This document shows positions 10,430 through 20,300 of a stretch of 64,000 nt of DNA, piece by piece. A program made the position numbers and the translations under genes. Under the pieces are notes generated by a model that was not told where the DNA came from, searched no databases, and saw nothing but the letters and a program-made list of their open reading frames with translations. Source of the stretch: an uncultured Spirochaetota bacterium (GTDB lineage Bacteria > Spirochaetota > Spirochaetia > SZUA-6 > Fen-1364); contig CAVUXE010000046.1 in NCBI GenBank assembly GCA_963745235.1, positions 1-64,000 on the forward strand, read 5' to 3'. Each line of letters begins with the position of its first letter. Position 1 is the first letter of the stretch.

Positions 10430-11761
10430 ATGGGTTCGTTAACGACGCGGGAGCGATTTTTGCCCTCGGTCGTCAGCTCGGCCATATATACTCTGGGATT
10501 TCCGTTCACGACACATTTTCTCAGAGGTGGAGAATGGTTCGGGTGTTTTGTCGTTATTCCGCTTTTCCTTATCGCCTGCCACGGGGGCGAATGGATGGGA
10601 CTAATCGCGGCGGGGGTAGCGATTGTCTACACAGACGCGATTCTCGCAGCCCAGCACGTCATCATTCACCACGAATCCCTTTCCTCATCCCGGGTCCTGC
10701 CTCTCGTCCTGTGCGAGCTCACGCTTCTGCTTCTTGCCCCAATCGCTGGCCGGATAGGCCGCATGGGGAGAGCCTTTCGATCATCCACGGCCACCTTTGA
10801 AGCTGCCCTCAGGATGCTTCCTGACACGGTGTTTGCGCTTGACCGTCAGGGGAAAGTCCCTGATGTGTGGCACGAGGCCAAGCAGACGCTGTCCCCCACG
10901 ATCGTTGACGTAGACGCGAGCATCGAAGAATCCCTGGAGATGATGAGAGGGATGCTGGGGGAGGGCATCACCGTCGTTCACGAGGCAGGCGCGGAGGCAA
11001 GCCTCGTCAAAGTCGACCCGGGACAATTCACGCAGGTGCTTGCGAATCTCGCCATCAATGCGCGCGACGCCATGCCATCCGGAGGGAGGCTTGCGCTCAA
11101 AGTGCATCGCGTTGCCGTCGCAAGCGCGGACGCCGGGCTGCCCACGGAGATGCATCCCGGTGACTACGTTGTCATCCAGGTGAGCGACACGGGCACGGGC
11201 ATGGACCAGGAAACGACGAAAGGGCTGGGGAGCGGTACCGGTCTCGGCCTGTCGATTGTCTCCCGCATCGTCAAACAATCCGCCGGCCACATCTCCGTTG
11301 ACAGCAGGGTCGGGAAGGGGACCACGTTCAGCATCTATCTTCCGCGTGTCTCCGAAGCCCTTGAAACGCGTGGAAAGCACGAGAGCTGCCCGGGGGAAGA
11401 GCAGAGCGGGACTGAAACCATCCTGTTGGTCGAAGACGAGGAACAGGTGAGCAACCTCATCCAGCGATGTCTCTCAGGCTGCGGCTACCAGGTCCTCCCG
11501 GCGGGAGACGGCAGAACAGGATTGGAAATCTGCCGACAAAAAAGCGGTCAGATCCATCTCCTTCTCGTGGACCTTACCCTCCCCGACATCAGGGGAGATA
11601 AAGTGGCCCAGGAGTTCCGCGCAACAAATCCCCGTGGCCGGGTGGTTTTTATGACAGGCTACTCCGACGTCGGCGGTCTCACGAAAGAAAGGGTTCTCAA
11701 CAAGCCCTTCACGCTCTCCGACCTTGCGGTGAGCATTCGCCGGGAGCTGGACAGCCGATAG
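10430..11761 (+). CDS. Degenerate membrane hybrid sensor kinase/receiver (HisKA and F-box deleted; possible pseudogene)
   Basis: TM segments, a PAS stub, N-box 'QVLANLAINARDAMP', G1 'VSDTGTGMD', G2 'GTGLGL' and an intact receiver (EDE..D..T..KPF). There is no H-box. SD-like AGGAGACAGGA precedes ATG 10430. Confidence 0.75.
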   Translation: MGSLTTRERFLPSVVSSAIYTLGFPFTTHFLRGGEWFGCFVVIPLFLIACHGGEWMGLIAAGVAIVYTDAILAAQHVIIHHESLSSSRVLPLVLCELTLLLLAPIAGRIGRMGRAFRSSTATFEAALRMLPDTVFALDRQGKVPDVWHEAKQTLSPTIVDVDASIEESLEMMRGMLGEGITVVHEAGAEASLVKVDPGQFTQVLANLAINARDAMPSGGRLALKVHRVAVASADAGLPTEMHPGDYVVIQVSDTGTGMDQETTKGLGSGTGLGLSIVSRIVKQSAGHISVDSRVGKGTTFSIYLPRVSEALETRGKHESCPGEEQSGTETILLVEDEEQVSNLIQRCLSGCGYQVLPAGDGRTGLEICRQKSGQIHLLLVDLTLPDIRGDKVAQEFRATNPRGRVVFMTGYSDVGGLTKERVLNKPFTLSDLAVSIRRELDSR

Positions 11762-11778
11762 GGTACTGGGCACTACGT

Positions 11779-12198
11779 TTATCTCCCGAGCTTCTCGATA
11801 ATCCTCGCGGCCCCCAGGCGTGCCATCTCGGCATCCTCCAACTGGTCAAGGCCGCTGACGGCCACCGAGCCGACGAGCCTGTTTCGGTGCCAGACGGGAA
11901 TGCCGCCGTCCCAGCCGGTGAACCTGACATCGCTGTTGGCCATCTGCCAGCCGTTCTTCTGGAAGTTGCGTCCGAGGAGCCCGGTCTCCGACCTTTCCCG
12001 AGCCGCGGTGAGCGCCTTCCTTGTCGCAACGTCGATTGAAGGGAGAGGGGCTCCGTTCATTCTCAGCAGGGAGACAAGCTCGCCATGAGAATCCGACACC
12101 GCGATGACGGCAACCTTCGCCCTGCGGACGAGCTCCTCACGAATGGCTTCAATTGCGATTCTCGCTTCCTCTTCCCCGAGCTCCGTAGCTTCCTGCAT
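11779..12198 (-). CDS. GlcG/HbpS (DUF336) heme-binding family protein
   Basis: Motifs 'IAVSDSHGELVSLLRMNGA', 'ATRKALTA', 'GGIPV...VGSVAVSG'. Confidence 0.9.
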   Translation of the reverse strand: MQEATELGEEEARIAIEAIREELVRRAKVAVIAVSDSHGELVSLLRMNGAPLPSIDVATRKALTAARERSETGLLGRNFQKNGWQMANSDVRFTGWDGGIPVWHRNRLVGSVAVSGLDQLEDAEMARLGAARIIEKLGR

Positions 12199-12250
12199 CC
12201 CCTACCTCCTCCCGTTGCCTGTATACCCCAGTTGTAAGATGGGTGTGGCT

Positions 12251-13018
12251 CTAGTTCACTCTTCCATTCGGAAAGAGCCTGCTCTCAAGGAGGTCGATGG
12301 ACTGAAGCAGCACGAATGCCTCGTCTTTGCTCTGCGTCTCGACCTTCAGCTCCGCTCGAGCCATCAATTCCTTCATTTTCCCAGCCAGGAAGGACATGGT
12401 GTTGGAAACATAGAATGGGAAGTACCAGAAATAGAAAAGCGCCAGCAAAATGCACCCTGCCCCGAATGCGGCTATCGAAGTAATCATTCTTCCAGATTCG
12501 ATTTTTGTCGCGAGGCTCTTGCGCTCGATTGCTTCCATATTAATGTCGTTTATCTTTACGATTGTCTGTCGAGCGCTTAGATATGCCGGGATGAAATCCC
12601 GGGAATATGACAAAGGGCTTCCCCCCGCCGTCTGCATCTTCATGCAGAGGGCCAGAAAGAGGCTGTAGTTCTTGTTCAGCTCTTCCACGTATTCTTTCTC
12701 GTGCAATTCCGTGATGTTGCCATTCTCCGCCTTGAAGTTCTTCTCAAAGGATGAACGGCCGGCGCCAAAGACTTGCGAGTCATAGGGAGATGCCTCGGCC
12801 ATTTTCGGCCCGATGACCCTGTCGACAATCGCGGTCCGCATATCATCGATGGCCAGGAGCATGTTTTTGCAATAGACAAGGGTATCATAGTTGTCTCGGA
12901 GTATTCGGTCAGCGGACTTCGAAAGCTCCTGGATGTCGAATGAGCTGTAGATAGCCAGGGCAAAGATGATCAGAAAAAGGAATCCAAGCCCACACGTGAG
13001 TTTGGTTCTCAACGACAT
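12251..13018 (-). CDS. Membrane protein with 4HB_MCP-like periplasmic sensor domain, no output domain
   Basis: 'MSLRTKLTCGLGFLFLIIFALAIYS...ILRDNY' TM1, a helical periplasmic region, TM2 'LALFYFWYFP', then only ~45 cytoplasmic aa. Confidence 0.7.
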   Translation of the reverse strand: MSLRTKLTCGLGFLFLIIFALAIYSSFDIQELSKSADRILRDNYDTLVYCKNMLLAIDDMRTAIVDRVIGPKMAEASPYDSQVFGAGRSSFEKNFKAENGNITELHEKEYVEELNKNYSLFLALCMKMQTAGGSPLSYSRDFIPAYLSARQTIVKINDINMEAIERKSLATKIESGRMITSIAAFGAGCILLALFYFWYFPFYVSNTMSFLAGKMKELMARAELKVETQSKDEAFVLLQSIDLLESRLFPNGRVN

Positions 13019-13060
13019 ATCGCTCAGTGTATATCCGCGCCGCAGGAAGGTCAATCAAAG

Positions 13061-13101
13061 CGGGGGCCCAGGGTTGCGACGCGCAGAAACCTGGCCCCCG
13101 G
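13061..13101 (-). terminator. GC-rich hairpin, putative terminator after the DUF1059 gene
   Basis: Imperfect inverted repeat GGGGGCCCAGG...CCTGGCCCCC 10 bp past the stop; weak U-tract (CTTTGATT on the minus strand). Confidence 0.45.
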
Positions 13102-13111
13102 TATTCCCGCC

Positions 13112-13282
13112 CTAGGTTCGAACCGTCTTCATCATGCCCTGAATCTCCTTGTCAGACATCGTCTTATTGTGGGACTTGCTGGCATGGAGCTTCACGATAT
13201 CCGTCAGCTCGGCGCTGTTGTGGTCCTGAACCTTGAACCCGCAATCGGGCGAACATTCGACCGTGTACAGATCTGCAGCCAT
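13112..13282 (-). CDS. DUF1059 small metal-binding protein (56 aa)
   Basis: 'ECSPDCGFKVQDHNSAELTDIVKLHASKSH' fits the C..C...H...H pattern; AGGAGG SD precedes ATG 13282. Confidence 0.85.
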   Translation of the reverse strand: MAADLYTVECSPDCGFKVQDHNSAELTDIVKLHASKSHNKTMSDKEIQGMMKTVRT

Positions 13283-13321
13283 GAAACACCTCCTGATACG
13301 CCGCATTCTCTCCCCAGCGGG

Positions 13322-13373
13322 CGTTACGGAATCGCAACGGCCCGAACGAAAACGTCGTTGCGGTGTCGTAACG
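13322..13373. promoter_or_regulatory. Putative operator: two palindromes CGTTRCG-N4-CGYAACG
   Basis: CGTTACG-gaat-CGCAACG (13322-13339) and CGTTGCG-gtgt-CGTAACG (13356-13373) lie in the divergent intergenic region; an extra CGTTGCG is at 13391. Confidence 0.55.
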
Positions 13374-13413
13374 GTCTTTGGCCAGGCTGACGTTGCGCCC
13401 GGAGGTCGAAATC

Positions 13414-15162
13414 ATGATTGCCCTGACGATGTCAGGTTCTTTCCGGTTTCCCCCTTTGACGGGGGACCTTCAGCGGTCGTCGCAATTGGAAATGGACGCT
13501 GCCGTCAAAACCCTCGGCGATCACAAGGAGGAGTGGCTCAATCTCCCGGTCCGACAAAAAATCACTATCCTGGATCTCCTGTTGAAGGATCTTGCCGCAG
13601 GAGCTCACCGTTGGGTGGCCGCCGGCCTGGAAGCAAAGGGCCTTGTCCCTGACAGCGCCGCCGCGTGGGAAGAATGGGCCGCCGGTCCACACATCGTCAT
13701 GGTCAATCTCCGCCAACTTCGGGAATCCCTGCTGGACATTGCGCGATCAGGGAAACCCAGGATCCCCGGACCGTTGACCGTCCGGCCGGATGGCCAGCTT
13801 GTCGCCCGGGTCTTCCCCCGCCGCGGCTACGACCGCCTCTTCCTGGGCGGCGTGACGGCGGAGATCTGGATGCAGCCGGGAGTCACGACGCAGAGCTTGC
13901 CGGCGACGCAGGCGGTCGCGTTCCACGGCGGCTCGCACACGGGAAGAGTGGCCCTGGTCCTGGGTGCCGGAAATGGCTCCGCCATCGGCGCCTCGGACAT
14001 CCTGTACAAGCTTTTCGTTCAGAACCATGTTGTCATCTACAAGGTCAACCCCGTCAATGCGTACATGGGCCCGCTGTTCGAGGAGTCCTTCCGTGCCCTG
14101 GTGAACGGCGGGTTCCTGCGGATCGTCTACGGCGGAGCGGAGGAGGGGGCATATCTCTGCAGTGATTCCGACGTTGACGAGGTGCACATCACCGGCTCGG
14201 ACAAGAGTTTCGAAGCAGTCGTGTTCGGGGCCGGACTGAACGGTGCGGCTCGAAAGGCAAAGAACCAACCTCTCCTGGACAAGCCGGTCACGGCCGAGCT
14301 GGGCAACGTCAGTCCCGTGATCGTCGTTCCCGGGCCGTGGAGCGAGGGTGATCTCGCCTACCAGGGAGAGCACATTGCCTCCCTGCTCGTCGTGAACGCC
14401 GGGTTCAATTGCCTCACGCCACGCGTCCTCATCCAGCACCTGAGCTGGGACAGGCGTGAAGAGCTCCTGCGGCGGGTTCGCAAGATCCTGCGCACTGTGC
14501 CCGTTCGTAGGGCCTACTACCCCGGCGCACGGCAGCGCTTCGAGGCTTTCCTGGCCGCTCATCCGGATGCGGAAACGTTCGGGGCGGCATCGAATGGGGA
14601 GCTCCCCTGGGCGCTCATTCCGTACCTCGACCCGAACGAGCAGGACGACATCTGCTTCACGACGGAGGCCTTTTGCGGCCTTTTCTGCGAGACTGCTCTC
14701 GGGGCTGACGGCGTCGCCGACTACATCTCCAAGGCCGTTGCGTTCGCAAATGACCAGCTTTGGGGAACGCTCAACGCAACGATACTCGTCCATCCCGAGT
14801 CTTTGAAGGACCGTGAGGTTGCCGAAGCGCTTGATCGGGCCGTCGCGGACCTGCGCTATGGCTGCGTCACGGTCAACCAGGGCGCCGGCTCAGCGTACGG
14901 CTTGTGCGTCGTTCCGTGGGGCGGGTTTCCCGCCGGCGCCTCGCTGGGCGACATCCAGTCCGGGATCGGGTTCGTGCACAACTCGTTGATGTTTGAGCGT
15001 CCGCAGAAATCCGTGCTCAGGGGGCCATTTCGGGCCAAAGGGACGCCTGCGTGGTTTCCTACGCGAAGCCGGCGGGCCGCGGAGCTCTTCGCGAAGCTGG
15101 TCCGTTTCGAGGCATCCCCGTCTCCGTGGAAGGTACCCGGCATTCTGCGAAGGGCCATGTAA
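13414..15162 (+). CDS. Aldehyde dehydrogenase family protein (atypical)
   Basis: 'LVLGAGN', 'HITGS', catalytic Glu 'ELGNVSP', catalytic Cys 'NAGFNCLTP', 'EAFC'. GGAGG SD precedes ATG 13414. Confidence 0.9.
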   Translation: MIALTMSGSFRFPPLTGDLQRSSQLEMDAAVKTLGDHKEEWLNLPVRQKITILDLLLKDLAAGAHRWVAAGLEAKGLVPDSAAAWEEWAAGPHIVMVNLRQLRESLLDIARSGKPRIPGPLTVRPDGQLVARVFPRRGYDRLFLGGVTAEIWMQPGVTTQSLPATQAVAFHGGSHTGRVALVLGAGNGSAIGASDILYKLFVQNHVVIYKVNPVNAYMGPLFEESFRALVNGGFLRIVYGGAEEGAYLCSDSDVDEVHITGSDKSFEAVVFGAGLNGAARKAKNQPLLDKPVTAELGNVSPVIVVPGPWSEGDLAYQGEHIASLLVVNAGFNCLTPRVLIQHLSWDRREELLRRVRKILRTVPVRRAYYPGARQRFEAFLAAHPDAETFGAASNGELPWALIPYLDPNEQDDICFTTEAFCGLFCETALGADGVADYISKAVAFANDQLWGTLNATILVHPESLKDREVAEALDRAVADLRYGCVTVNQGAGSAYGLCVVPWGGFPAGASLGDIQSGIGFVHNSLMFERPQKSVLRGPFRAKGTPAWFPTRSRRAAELFAKLVRFEASPSPWKVPGILRRAM

Positions 15163-15222
15163 TTCGCGCACAGACTGCGCGTTGCGCAGGTGGAGAGAAA
15201 AGACGACAGGAGGACAGGCACC

Positions 15223-15522
15223 ATGTACAAGTTCGTGAGGTCCGGAAAGATCAAGGGCAACTTCCCTGAGGCAGTGCGCTGGGCCAAGGAAATCGCCGAA
15301 TACGTCTCCAGCAAACACTCGCCCGTCAAAGTCCAAGTCTACACGGGGATGTTCGGGGATCTGAACACAATCTTCTGGGAGATCGAGCACAAAGACCTGG
15401 CATCCATCGAAGCCTTGTCGGCAAAGCTTGTTTCTGACAAGGGATATTGGGCCGTTGTCGAAAAGGCAACCGGCCTCTTCATCGACGGAACCTTTCGCGA
15501 TTCCGTCCTGGGCTCTGTCTAG
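15223..15522 (+). CDS. Small dimeric alpha/beta-barrel (NIPSNAP-like) protein, 99 aa
   Basis: 'VQVYTGMFGDLNTIFWEIEHKDLASIE..L..DKGYW' pattern; AGGAGG SD. Confidence 0.6.
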   Translation: MYKFVRSGKIKGNFPEAVRWAKEIAEYVSSKHSPVKVQVYTGMFGDLNTIFWEIEHKDLASIEALSAKLVSDKGYWAVVEKATGLFIDGTFRDSVLGSV

Positions 15523-15531
15523 GAGGACACC

Positions 15532-16425
15532 ATGATACTCGTTGTTGGATCGACGGGGATGCTGGGAAGCGAGATCTGCAGGCTTCTTGCAGGCCAGGGT
15601 GGCCGGGTACGGGCACTCGTTCGCGCGACTTCAAACGCGGAGACCGTGAAAACCCTCGCATCACTTGGCGCAGAGGTCGTTCAAGGAGACATCCGGGATG
15701 TCGCGTCACTGGAAAAGGCCTGCAACGGCGCTCAGACGGTCATCTCGACTGTTTCCTCCATGCCCACGCGCTATGTTGCCGGAGACAACGATATTGCAGC
15801 CGTTGACGACAATGGCCTGAAGAAGCTCATCGATGCTTCACAGAAGGCTGGTGTGGAGAGGTTCGTCCTCACATCCTTCACCATGGACAACCGATTCCCC
15901 CTTCGGGATGCAAAGCGCGGTGCGGAAGAGCATCTCAAGGCCAGCGGGATGAGCTGGACGATCCTGAGGCCAAGCTTCTTCATGGAGGCGTGGCTGGGAC
16001 CCATGGTCGGGTTCGACTACGCGAACGCCTCTGCCCGGATCTACGGCTCCGGCACCAGGCCCGTCAGCTATGTCTCTTTCCGCGACGTTGCCGCCATTGC
16101 GGTGGCATGCCTCGAGAAGCCCGCCGCGAAGAACGCCGTGGTCCCTATCGGGGGACCGGAGGCGATCAGTCAGAAGAGAGCCGTGGAGATCTTCGAAGAA
16201 GCCGGGGGCCGCCCGTTTGCGACAGAGGTCGTCCCGGAAGCCGCAATCGCCGCCCAGCAGAAGGAAGCGACGGATCCAATGCAGCAGTCGTTCGCGGGGC
16301 TCATGATGGGAATCGCATCCGGGGACCAGGTGGAGATGAGAAGGACGGCGGAAGAGTTCGGCGTTCACCTCAAGTTCGTTCGTGACTACGCTCGCGAGGT
16401 CCTGCCCCAAACGGTGCATTCATGA
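15532..16425 (+). CDS. Atypical SDR / NmrA-like NAD(P)-binding oxidoreductase
   Basis: 'MILVVGSTGMLGSEI', 'VRALVR', 'WTILRPSFFME'. Confidence 0.9.
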   Translation: MILVVGSTGMLGSEICRLLAGQGGRVRALVRATSNAETVKTLASLGAEVVQGDIRDVASLEKACNGAQTVISTVSSMPTRYVAGDNDIAAVDDNGLKKLIDASQKAGVERFVLTSFTMDNRFPLRDAKRGAEEHLKASGMSWTILRPSFFMEAWLGPMVGFDYANASARIYGSGTRPVSYVSFRDVAAIAVACLEKPAAKNAVVPIGGPEAISQKRAVEIFEEAGGRPFATEVVPEAAIAAQQKEATDPMQQSFAGLMMGIASGDQVEMRRTAEEFGVHLKFVRDYAREVLPQTVHS

Positions 16426-17342
16426 ACGGGTACTACAGGTTCGCGGTGGGTTCCTTCGCCTGCACGAGCCTCCTGGATGGTTCGCACGAGTACAAGTGGC
16501 AGGACTTCGTGGTGAATGCAGGTGAGCAGGAAGTCCGCGCCGCTTTGAAATCTACCGGGATGACCCAGGACGGCCTCGTCACGCCGTACACCTACCTTCA
16601 TGTCGACACCGGGGCCCACCAGATCCTCATTGACGCCGGCGCCGGGAGCTACTTCCCGACGACCGGCCTCCTGGCAAAGAGCATGGAGGAGGCCGAGATC
16701 GACCGGAGGGAGATCGATACGGTCATCATCACTCACGCTCATCCCGATCACATCGGGGGCCTGCTTCTTCCTGATGGCTCACCCGCCTATCCCGAAGCCG
16801 TGCACTATATCTGGAAGCGCGAATGGGACTACTGGTTTTCAGATGAGGAGTACTCTCGCGCGCGAAAGACCCGCAGAGGGAGCTTCGACTTCGGACATTT
16901 TTTCGACTTCGCGCGCAGCCGCCTGGATCCCGTCAAGCGGCTCATCCGCCAGGTGGAGTTCACGGGGGAGGAGGTGACGATCTTTCCCGGGGTGAGGCTG
17001 CTTCGCGCCCCGGGTCACACCCCGGGTCACATGGTGGCGGAGCTTCACTCGAATGGGGAAAGCCTTCTGTACATCGGGGATGCGGCAATCTCCCCCATCC
17101 ATCTCGAGCAACCGGCCTGGCTGCCGGTGACGGAGATCGAGCCAGAGTTGTCGCTGGTCAGCAGACGGTTCGTGTGCGACCTGGCCGCGTCTCGCCACTC
17201 ATGGGTCGTGGGCCAGCATTTCCCTCCGTTTCCGAGCCTCGGCCATATCGAGAGGCGCGGAGACGCCTGGGAATGGAAACCTGTCACGCTGAGGGAGAGG
17301 GGGGAAGGGGAAGGCCGTCCAGCAGGCGCCGGGCCTCGTTGA
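16422..17342 (+). CDS. MBL-fold metallo-hydrolase (YtnP/AiiA-like)
   Basis: 'THAHPDHIGG' (HxHxDH), 'APGHTPGH', 'YIGD', 'HFPPFP'. ATGA overlap with the SDR gene. Confidence 0.92.
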   Translation: MNGYYRFAVGSFACTSLLDGSHEYKWQDFVVNAGEQEVRAALKSTGMTQDGLVTPYTYLHVDTGAHQILIDAGAGSYFPTTGLLAKSMEEAEIDRREIDTVIITHAHPDHIGGLLLPDGSPAYPEAVHYIWKREWDYWFSDEEYSRARKTRRGSFDFGHFFDFARSRLDPVKRLIRQVEFTGEEVTIFPGVRLLRAPGHTPGHMVAELHSNGESLLYIGDAAISPIHLEQPAWLPVTEIEPELSLVSRRFVCDLAASRHSWVVGQHFPPFPSLGHIERRGDAWEWKPVTLRERGEGEGRPAGAGPR

Positions 17343-20300
17343 GATCGGCGCTTGTGCTGCCTTCCGTGAAGCTGTCGTAGAGTGCCTCCAGCTGCCCGTG
17401 AAGCGCCGCGCTTCCGCTCTGCAATCCGCGGCGGTACAGGGACATGGTCGCCCGCAGCTCGAGACACTTTGCCTTCTGCTTCTGCGACAGCCTGAGGGAG
17501 CGCTGGAACCAGCGGTCGGTATCCTCATCCGGCTCGCCGGCGAGGCGGCCGGCTTCCCCCCGCAGCCGGTGAACCTCCGGTTCCCACAGATGGAGATGGG
17601 TCTCCCGAACCTGCGTGAGCGCGTTGTCGAGCGTTTCGATGGCGCTGTCCGTCCCACCGTCGGCCAGATAGAGCTCCGCCAGCATGCACGCGTAGGCACA
17701 GGGAAACGGATGGCGGGGAAGCATCTCGATCCCCTGGCGAATCAAATGGGGATCCCCGCCGGACCAGCCTCGGAGGACCAGCCCGTATCCGATGTAGAGC
17801 GCGAACCCTTCCCGCTGAGCCAGTGAGAACAGCTCCTCGGAGAGCGGGCGGGCCTGGTGCTGTTCGCGGCGCATGAAGGAGAGAAGGCATGCGTAGAAGA
17901 TCACCATGCAAAGCGTGAAAGCATGACCCAGGGTCCGGGCTCGCGTCAGGTCTTCCTGCATCACGGCCGCGGACTGTGTCATGAATCCGAAGCCCCAGAG
18001 CGCGAGGGACCGGGTGATCATGACGATCGCGGAGGTGTCATTTCCAAACTGGATCAGGTCCAGTGACGAGCCCGCCGGCTGGCAGTGCGCCTGACCGGCT
18101 TCCGCGTGCGCGCGCATTTCCTGGAAGTCTCCAAAGTAGAAAAAGGATTCCGCGAGCATGCCGTGAGCGCGCGAGATGAGCCGTTCATCATCCAGGCCGC
18201 GGGCGATGTCGAGCATCTGCTGTCCGTAATGAAGGCGCTGGCGGCTGTACGAATAGTGGCGATTGAGCCCGAGGTTCACGAGGAAGCGCTGCAACGGGCT
18301 CCCTCTCTCCTCGCAGATGGCCTTGGCGCGCAGGTGCACGGCTTCAACCGTCGGATCCTGATGTCCTTTCGCGAGGACGAGCGGAACGCCGAGTGAGATG
18401 AGAAACTCGAGCTCCCTGTCCAGGGAAGTTGGGCCCTGGGGACACCCCCGCAGGAGCTCCAGCCCCCTCGTAAAATGCGCCACCGCCGCGGAGTTTGCAT
18501 ATCCCTGGCGCGCCTTCTCTCCCGAGAGGTAGTAAAAATCGATGGCGTTCTGGACCTCCTTCCCTCGATCGTAATGGTACGCGAGGGACTCGCTGTACTC
18601 GGTGCGAGCCGACGGGGACAGCCGCTGGTACGCGAGAGCCACTTTCCGATGGAGCCGAAGCCGATCCCCCACGGAAATGCTCTCGTAGACGGCCTCCTGT
18701 GTGAGCGCGTGCTTGAAGGAATACTCGACTTCCGGGACCGAGCGCTCGATGAAGAGAAGCTCCCGTTCTTCAAGATCTTCCAGGATGGCGCCGAGGTCAT
18801 CCCTTTCGACGGCAAGAGCGAGCAGCCTGCGGAGGAAGACTCTCCCAATGACCGCCGCGTGGGAGAGGACCTCCTGTTCGGTCTCCGAGAGATTGAAGAA
18901 CCGGCTGAGAACGACTGATTTGATCCCCTGGGAAAGGGTCGAGCGATTTGCTTCCCCCGCGGATGGGTCAGGGGGAGGAAGCTCCTCCGCCTCCTGGGAC
19001 CCCAACGCGCTGGCGCGCGCCAGCTCTTCCAGAAAGTAGGGGTTGCCTCGGCAGCTCAGGAGAATGCTTTCGCGGACCGAGGCGGGAAGGGATTCAGCGG
19101 GAACCAGGGCGTCGAGCATCTGGCTGCTTTCTTCACGGGTGATCTCACGGAGGTGGATCTCGGTCAGCTCGTCGAGCCTCCGACGCGCGGCGCTGGAGGC
19201 GAGTATCCTGCTCCTGTGGTCCGGATCGATGCGGTAGACGAGCACGAGCAGGATCCGCAGCCCCCGCGACGAGTCGAGGAGCGAGTCGATGAGGTCCAGA
19301 GAAAGCGTGTCAGCCCAATGCAGGTCCTCGAAAACCAGGACGAGCGGGGCCAGCTTTGAGAGCTCGCGGAAGAGAAGCGTCACAGCGTTGAACGCTCGAT
19401 GCTTGACCTGCTCCGGGCCCCATTGGTCGATCTCTTTGCGGTGCGGACCGGCTCGCCAATGGCCGAGAAGCTCGTTTGCGGCTGAGACAAGGGACCTCAC
19501 CCGCCCTGGCCCGGCAGCAGCCTTCTGGGCGAGGATCTCATCCAGGCTTTCGCGGCTGAGAGATTCAGTCTGATCCCCGCCGGTCGTGCGGGCACGCTGC
19601 TCAGCATCAAGCACGCCGATCATGTCGATGAAAGGCCAGTAGCCGATGTTCGTCTTTGGAGACAGGCAACGGCCCTCGAGCCAGCGGACTCCGCCGGCCG
19701 CCAGCGTGTCGGACACCCGGTGGTAGAGCTCGTGAACGAGGCGGGACTTTCCAATCCCCGCTTCACCCGTGATCACGACGACCTGCCCGTTTCCCCCCGC
19801 CGTTCGTTCGAAAGCGTGTGTGAACCTGGCGGCCTCTTCCTCGCGGCCGATCATCTCGCTCCGGGGACCAAAGGGTCCCCGGCTCTTCCTCGAGACAGGC
19901 GCTATGCCCAGCACACCGAACGTGGAGCGGCCCCCGCGCTGGAGCGACGCTCGTCAGCAACCGGGGCAAAGGAGAAAGCATCCCGGGTCAGGCGATAGGT
20001 GTGCTGATCAACCAGCAGCGCGCCCTCGGGGGCGCGTTCCGCGAGCAGCCGGGCAAGCGGGACGGCGCGTCCGGCAAAACGGAGGGTTGATTCTCCGCCC
20101 GCGCGGGCAAGATAGCCCGTCGTAACCGCACCCCGGATCGGATGCGAGCTCTCGCCTGCCTCTTCCCGCATCTCCAGCGCCGCGCGGATGGCCAGCTCGG
20201 GGTTGCTTTCCAGGAACCGGCCGTCGCCGAACAGCGCGAGGAAGCCTGACCCGGAGCTCTCGATCAGCTGACCGTGATACCTGGCGATCGTCTCCCCGTA

